A DNA stretch of 64,000 bases from an uncultured Bacteroidota bacterium (GTDB taxonomy: Bacteria; Bacteroidota; Bacteroidia; AKYH767-A; OLB10): the NCBI GenBank assembly GCA_903847585.1, contig CAINEC010000064.1, positions 10,225 to 74,224 on the forward strand, in the 5' to 3' direction. The position numbers and the translations under genes are program-made. A model generated the notes under the pieces. It was not told the origin of the DNA, searched no databases, and saw only the letters and a list, made by a program, of their open reading frames with translations. Below, piece after piece: positions 58,379 through 64,000 of this stretch (position 1 is its first letter; each line of letters starts with the position of its first letter).

Positions 58379-59488
58379 ATGAATATTAAACCTTTATTTT
58401 CGACTTTATTATTTGCTGCAATGTTTTTAATTTTTGGTTGTAAGCAAGGCGATAATAAATCTTCTGCTACGGATGAATCTGCTAGCCTTACTAAACTTGT
58501 TAACGACTGGAACAATGCTCATAATTCGAAAGATGTTGCTGTGCTTGCTTCACTTTATAATGAATCGGTTGACTACTACGGCAGAGCAAAAGATAAAAAT
58601 GATTGCATCGACAGTAAATTATCTGAGTTCAAAAAACACAAGGATTATTACCAGCAAATAGATGGTGATATTAAATGTGAAAAAATAACGGATACCGAAT
58701 ACAAATGCTTGTTTTTAAAGCGCGTTACCTACAATAACAAAACAAAAAATTACCCTTCCTACTTAGTTTTTGCAAAGCAAGGTGACAAATGGTTTATCAC
58801 CGCAGAAAGCGATAGAGTTACAGATAAGAACATCAGTAAATCAAACGATAAAAACACATCTGCCGAAACAGAATATACTTCTGATGTTGATGCTTCCTCT
58901 GATAGTCGTGTTCAATCATCTGGAGATGGTTATTCAAGAATCGGATCTCAATATTGGATGACCACTAATTTAAATGTTAACAGGTTTAGAAATGGAGATA
59001 TTATTCCACAAGCCTATAGTATTGAAGAATGGTTGAATGCAGGGCATGAGGAGCGCCCAGTATGGTGTTATTATGAATTCAAAAACGAAAATGGCTATAA
59101 ATACGGCAAGCTTTATAATTGGTATGCTGTAAATGATATTCGCGGATTAGCTCCTAACGGGTGGCATGTACCAAGCGATGCGGAATGGAACAGCTTATCT
59201 AATAATCTAGGTGGCGATAATCAATCTGGTTATTCCTTAAAAGATAATTACGGCTGGTATAATGATGGAAATGGCAATAACGAAAGCGGGTTTGCTGGTT
59301 TACCTGGAGGGTGTATTCATGATGATGGTCGTTTTAGCAGCATCGGAAAAGGAAGCAGTTGGTGGACAAGTTCTACTAGGAACGGAGCAGAGGCATTTTC
59401 AAGACATCTACATTATAAAGATGATGAAATGCATAAAGCAAATTATAATATGTCAAGTGGCTTTTCTGTACGCTGCGTGAGAAATTAA
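58379..59488 (+). CDS. Lipoprotein with NTF2/SnoaL-like domain and C-terminal FISUMP (Fib_succ_major) domain
   Basis: Lipobox IFGC; IG.QYWMT.NLNV..FRNGD, YGKLYNWYAV.D.RGLAP.GWHVPS..EW, WWTSS and GFSVRCV motifs. Confidence 0.88.
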   Translation: MNIKPLFSTLLFAAMFLIFGCKQGDNKSSATDESASLTKLVNDWNNAHNSKDVAVLASLYNESVDYYGRAKDKNDCIDSKLSEFKKHKDYYQQIDGDIKCEKITDTEYKCLFLKRVTYNNKTKNYPSYLVFAKQGDKWFITAESDRVTDKNISKSNDKNTSAETEYTSDVDASSDSRVQSSGDGYSRIGSQYWMTTNLNVNRFRNGDIIPQAYSIEEWLNAGHEERPVWCYYEFKNENGYKYGKLYNWYAVNDIRGLAPNGWHVPSDAEWNSLSNNLGGDNQSGYSLKDNYGWYNDGNGNNESGFAGLPGGCIHDDGRFSSIGKGSSWWTSSTRNGAEAFSRHLHYKDDEMHKANYNMSSGFSVRCVRN

Positions 59489-59489
59489 T

Positions 59490-59894
59490 TTAATGCCGTT
59501 CCTGACATAATTCTATCAAAACACCATTCGTTCCTTTCGGATGTAAAAAACAAACGAGTTTATTATCAGCACCGTTCTTAGGTTCTTGATTTAATAAAAC
59601 AAATCCTTCGCTTTCTAAGCGTTTCATTTCTGCTCTGATGTCTGCTACATCAAAAGCAATATGATGAATCCCTTCTCCTTTCTTCTCAATAAACTTTGCA
59701 ATGGGTGAATCTGGATTTGTTGCTTCAAGTAATTCGATTTTATTTTCTCCAATCTGAAAAAAAGAAGTGCTTACTCCTTCTGATTGTACTTTTTCGGTTT
59801 TATAATGCGCCTGATTAAAAATCTTTTTAAATAATTCGTTCGACGTATTTAAATCTTTAACAGCAATTCCGATATGTTCAATTTTTAACATCAT
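59490..59894 (-). CDS. mce: Methylmalonyl-CoA epimerase
   Basis: IEHIGIAV, KIELLE, GEGIHHIAF, FLHPK..NGVLIELC motifs; start at the MM codons 59894/59891. Confidence 0.95.
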   Translation of the reverse strand: MMLKIEHIGIAVKDLNTSNELFKKIFNQAHYKTEKVQSEGVSTSFFQIGENKIELLEATNPDSPIAKFIEKKGEGIHHIAFDVADIRAEMKRLESEGFVLLNQEPKNGADNKLVCFLHPKGTNGVLIELCQERH

Positions 59895-60612
59895 TATGAT
59901 CTGAATTAGGTTTGTAAATATAATTAACAGTAGTGGAAGAATTATCGTCTGACGTTTTAGATTGTTCATCCGCTTTTACTTCTGCAATATCTTCCTTCCA
60001 ATATTCGACTTCGTGTTCTTCCTCTTCTAACTCCCAATCATAAACTGGGCGTTGTACTCCTGTTTTGCGATAATACCAAGCCATCAGTAATCCTGCAGCA
60101 CCACCAAATAAATGTCCTTCCCAACTGATGCCTTGCAAGAAAGGCATCAAGCCCCAAACCATACTACCATATAAAAACACTACCAGTAATGAAATGGTCA
60201 TGGTTGATTTTTCTTTCTTAAAAACTCCAGTAAAAAATAAAAAAGCCGCTAGACCATAGATGATTCCGCTTGCTCCAATATGATAAGTCGTTCGGCCGCC
60301 TAACCATAACCATATTGCATGCAGCAACCAAATTTGTAATATGACGCGATAGGCGATATCTCGATGGAAGGTAAACAATAGAAAGCCTAACACTAACAAT
60401 CCTGCACTGTTAGAAATCAAATGCTCCCAATCGCCATGCACTAAAGGGAAAGTAATAATTCCCGTTAACGCATCAATGTTACGAGGCAATAAACCGTATT
60501 TCGAGAATTGTAAATGAAAATTGATTTCTAATCCTTTTATGATCCATAAAAGCATTACAAAAAGTAATGGAGGAATAAAATTTTGAAGTAAAAGTTTCTC
60601 TTCTTTACGCAT
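59878..60612 (-). CDS. Rhomboid-family intramembrane serine protease
   Basis: HGDWEHL.SN, HIGASG.IYG and SWEGHLFG motifs. Confidence 0.93.
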   Translation of the reverse strand: MRKEEKLLLQNFIPPLLFVMLLWIIKGLEINFHLQFSKYGLLPRNIDALTGIITFPLVHGDWEHLISNSAGLLVLGFLLFTFHRDIAYRVILQIWLLHAIWLWLGGRTTYHIGASGIIYGLAAFLFFTGVFKKEKSTMTISLLVVFLYGSMVWGLMPFLQGISWEGHLFGGAAGLLMAWYYRKTGVQRPVYDWELEEEEHEVEYWKEDIAEVKADEQSKTSDDNSSTTVNYIYKPNSDHNDVKN

Positions 60613-60620
60613 TTATTCTA

Positions 60621-62165
60621 TCAAGGCTTTACCAACTTGCGCGATGCTTGCACATTTCCGTTTTGATCTTCAATACGCAACAAATAAAATCCTGTAGCAT
60701 AATTATTCGTATTCAACTGAAGTTTATTTCTAAACATCGTATTTAATACTTGCTGACCAGTTGCTGTATACACTTTCAAAATATAATTTTCTTGCTTTTC
60801 GACTTCGATATTTAACACATCATTCAATGGATTTGGATACACGTTTAATTCGATAGCATCATTCTCTTGCAAAGATGAAATGCTGGTACAAATAAAACTT
60901 CCATTGTTAGTTGCTGCATTGAAAACATTATTTACCTGCGTTAAAACATTAGTTGTTCCCGAATTTAATGAATGAGGCGTTGCTGAAATTTGTGTAACTG
61001 TTGTATTAGTTAAAGCAATAGTACTCATGTTGCATGACATCCCCGCTGAATCTGTCTTAACAACAAAAATATTTGTTGATGATGCACTACCTTCTGAGCC
61101 AGTTAATAAGTAACCACCATCGGATGTTTTTATAAATGAATTAAACTTCGATTGTGCTGAGCCTGTAGGTAAGTACTTGTTTACCCAATAAACTAATCCC
61201 GACTGGTCAATTTTAAAGAATAACGCTGATGTATATCCGCTTGATAATGATTCTGCATTTGCCGCAATTACATAATTTCCATATCCCACCTGATAATCGG
61301 TTGTGATTTTAATTCCATTTAAATTATTACCAGACAATTTATATTTTTTATTCATCAAAACCGTACTCAATGTTGAATCAAAACGCGTAACAACTAATGA
61401 ACCTCCTGTTGGTCCGCCAAAATCTCCAGCCGACATAATAACGGTATTTCCATCAAAATCTTTGTAACTATCAATCGAAAATATTCCCATTCCTGTTGAT
61501 GGATTAGTTAGAATAGTATTATTCGTATCAACAATACATGTTAGGTTCGCTAAACGATTAAAAGAAAAACGTCCATCTCCTAAATACGAAGCCTTATAAT
61601 AAGGACTAGCAAACTGATTGGTATTTAAATGGAATTCGCTAAGAATAGTTCCTGCTGTATCTAAATAAGTAATTGATGGCTTTGCTGCACCACTAATAGC
61701 TGTTGTTCCCGTTAACACATACTTATCGTTATTTAATTGGAAGATACTATTGCCATAATCATTTCCACCTGTAACTCCATATCTCTTAAACCATATTAAA
61801 TTAAGATCGGGCGTAAACTTGGCAATAAAAATATCATTATCGGTTGTAGATGCCCTATAATATCCAGTTACTAAAATTTCGTCAGTATTGGTAATATTCA
61901 TTGCTAATGGGACAGCAGTAACATTAGAACCTAATATACTTTGAATCGTATTTCCGTTCTGATCTAACTCTGTTAATGAAAAATTAAAATTGTTTCCTCC
62001 ATTATAAACTGAACCTAAAACAATATAATGTCCGGAACTCGTTTCTACCGCTGCAACACCTTCGTTATATCCAGTTGTGCCTAAAACAATTTTTTCTTCA
62101 AACTGACTTTGTGAATATGCCGTTAATGAGATAAATAAACTAATAAGAGTTAGTGCTTTTTTCAT
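60621..62165 (-). CDS. T9SS type A sorting-domain protein with beta-propeller repeats
   Basis: Signal peptide from MKKALTL; G..D.G..I...DGGY..G repeats; VYPNP...G.Y.LRI sorting domain. Confidence 0.85.
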   Translation of the reverse strand: MKKALTLISLFISLTAYSQSQFEEKIVLGTTGYNEGVAAVETSSGHYIVLGSVYNGGNNFNFSLTELDQNGNTIQSILGSNVTAVPLAMNITNTDEILVTGYYRASTTDNDIFIAKFTPDLNLIWFKRYGVTGGNDYGNSIFQLNNDKYVLTGTTAISGAAKPSITYLDTAGTILSEFHLNTNQFASPYYKASYLGDGRFSFNRLANLTCIVDTNNTILTNPSTGMGIFSIDSYKDFDGNTVIMSAGDFGGPTGGSLVVTRFDSTLSTVLMNKKYKLSGNNLNGIKITTDYQVGYGNYVIAANAESLSSGYTSALFFKIDQSGLVYWVNKYLPTGSAQSKFNSFIKTSDGGYLLTGSEGSASSTNIFVVKTDSAGMSCNMSTIALTNTTVTQISATPHSLNSGTTNVLTQVNNVFNAATNNGSFICTSISSLQENDAIELNVYPNPLNDVLNIEVEKQENYILKVYTATGQQVLNTMFRNKLQLNTNNYATGFYLLRIEDQNGNVQASRKLVKP

Positions 62166-62166
62166 T

Positions 62167-63459
62167 TTAATCGATTTTGTATTTTTTAAGATATTTTTGA
62201 TAGAGTTGCTTTTGGATATCATCCAGATTAATTTCTTTACCGCGTATATACGCATGCGTTACCACACTTGATTTCATATCTAATATATCACCTTCTGAAA
62301 TAATCAGTGTAGCGTCTTTACCATCTTCAAGTGTTCCCACTGTTTTATCGATACCTAAAATTCGAGCAGGAATTAAAGTTATCGTTTGCAAAGCTTCTTC
62401 TTTAGTTAATCCATAAGCAACAGCTTGTCCAGCCTGGAATGGAAGATTTCTATCTTTCCAAAATCCTTCATCAGTAATTGCAACTTCAACTCCTTTTTTC
62501 ATCAATATATTTGGAAGTTTATAAGGCAAATTTACATCTTCATCATCACGACGTGGAAGATTCTGTGTCCTTTCAATAATAACAGGAATATGTTTCGATT
62601 TTAATTCTTCAGTAACCATCCACGAATCCGCACCACCGCATAAAACCATGCGTACATTATACAACTCGCAGAACTTTATTGCAGCTAAAATATCTTTCGC
62701 AAAATTACATCGCACATAAAGTGTTTTTGTTTGATTAAATAATCCGCGCATGGCTTCTAAATTCTGATTGACAACCTCTGGTTTATTATTTTTAGAATAG
62801 ACTTTTGCTTGTTCAAACAATGTTGTCAAATCTTGCATTTGTTTAGCAGACCTTTTCATTTGCTCTTCCTCGGTATCTGCCCATGAAGCCTTGATAATTT
62901 GTGTTGACGGAAAATTCATCCAGATGCCTTCATCCATTTTATAAACTGCATCTTCATAATTCCAGGCATCTAATTCTACTACCGATGATTGTCCAGAAAT
63001 CAAGCCTCCCACAGGAGCTATTTGCGCCATCATAACTCCATTAGAACGAACCGTTGGAGTAACTTTAGAATCGGTATTATAAGCAATGATAGCTCGTGAT
63101 GATGGATTAACATTTCCTACTTCATCATAATCGTGTGTTGCACGCACAGCTTCAATTTCATTTATACCTAATACGGTATTCATTGCTATTAATCCCGGAT
63201 AAACATGTTTACCATAAATATCAATGATGGTATCAAACGCGTTGCGAGCTGGCTTAAATCCTTTACCATCCATAATAAAAGTAATCTTGCCTTGCGCAAT
63301 ACCAATTGCACTTTGCTCTATGACAGTTCCATTTCCAACATGTGCAATTCCACCTAACAATAAAATTCTTTTTGTAGCAGTATCAGCTGGTGCAGGATTT
63401 TGTGCAAAAGCAATTGCAGAAACAAACAATAAGTAAGTTGTACAAATATTCTTAATCAT
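62167..63459 (-). CDS. Amidohydrolase-family protein
   Basis: G.HVYPGLI, GL..EEAL..IT..PA.ILG and GTLE.GKDATL motifs. Confidence 0.88.
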   Translation of the reverse strand: MIKNICTTYLLFVSAIAFAQNPAPADTATKRILLLGGIAHVGNGTVIEQSAIGIAQGKITFIMDGKGFKPARNAFDTIIDIYGKHVYPGLIAMNTVLGINEIEAVRATHDYDEVGNVNPSSRAIIAYNTDSKVTPTVRSNGVMMAQIAPVGGLISGQSSVVELDAWNYEDAVYKMDEGIWMNFPSTQIIKASWADTEEEQMKRSAKQMQDLTTLFEQAKVYSKNNKPEVVNQNLEAMRGLFNQTKTLYVRCNFAKDILAAIKFCELYNVRMVLCGGADSWMVTEELKSKHIPVIIERTQNLPRRDDEDVNLPYKLPNILMKKGVEVAITDEGFWKDRNLPFQAGQAVAYGLTKEEALQTITLIPARILGIDKTVGTLEDGKDATLIISEGDILDMKSSVVTHAYIRGKEINLDDIQKQLYQKYLKKYKID

Positions 63460-63460
63460 A

Positions 63461-64000
63461 TTAATGCGGTAATTGTTCTTTATTGTTACAGTGATTTAAC
63501 TCTTCCATTTTATAAGATGGCTTGCCCATATTCGCCCCCTTCCCTTTTTCGTCTAATGATTTATTCATCAAACGAGTTTTCTCCTTATAAATATTTTCTA
63601 CCATTTGTTCTTCTTCAGTCGCATCATAATAGCAAACACCATCAACAAATGTCTTTTGGACTTTTGCATATATGCTTAATGGATTATTATCCCATATTAC
63701 CACATCCGCATCTTTTCCTTCTTTAATACTTCCTACACGATTATCGATATGTAATAAAATAGCAGGGTTAAGGGTTACAAATTTCAATGCCTCTTCTTCA
63801 CTTACATTTCCATACTTTATTGCCTTAGCGGCCTCCTGATTTAATCGTCGTGCCATCTCTGCATCATCACTATTATACGCGGTCACAACACCCATATCAT
63901 GTAATATTCTTCCATTATAAGGAATCGCTTCCATCACTTCAAACTTATAAGCCCACCAATCACTAAAGGTAGAAGCACCAACTCCATGTCGTTTCATTTT
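63461..64000 (-). CDS. Amidohydrolase-family protein (C-terminal part; 5' end outside the window)
   Basis: FSDWWAYKFEV, NSDD.EMARRLNQEA, T.NPA.LL and GSIK.GKDADVV motifs. Confidence 0.88.
   Translation of the reverse strand, partial: KMKRHGVGASTFSDWWAYKFEVMEAIPYNGRILHDMGVVTAYNSDDAEMARRLNQEAAKAIKYGNVSEEEALKFVTLNPAILLHIDNRVGSIKEGKDADVVIWDNNPLSIYAKVQKTFVDGVCYYDATEEEQMVENIYKEKTRLMNKSLDEKGKGANMGKPSYKMEELNHCNNKEQLPH

Noticed and set aside
58096-64000. Prophage or integrative element at the tRNA
   Set aside because: No integrase and no duplicated tRNA 3' end seen; housekeeping genes resume at 59490.

Overview
AT-rich chromosomal window from a Bacteroidota bacterium. The assignment rests on four T9SS C-terminal-domain proteins, a MurF-Alr fusion, TonB-dependent receptors and many TAnnTTTG promoter elements. 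It contains about 55 mostly housekeeping CDSs (lysC, ctaA, dsbD, lpdA, lnt, radA, murF-alr, tdk, ubiX, queG, ruvB, mtgA, acs, kynA, dprA, kbl, mce), one tRNA(CAT, probably Ile2), an HmuY-type heme-uptake operon and an H-NOX/HNOBA-histidine kinase pair. The most striking region is an accessory block at about 38.8-42.3 kb. It starts with five covarying REP-like hairpins next to a stand-alone Y1 HUH transposase. Two tandem SAM-I/IV-type riboswitch aptamers follow, absent from the ORF track and folded by eye. They precede a MetK carrying an extra ~90-aa C-terminal domain, then a free-standing paralog of that domain and a secreted unknown protein. All family calls come from motif recognition; no database searches were run.
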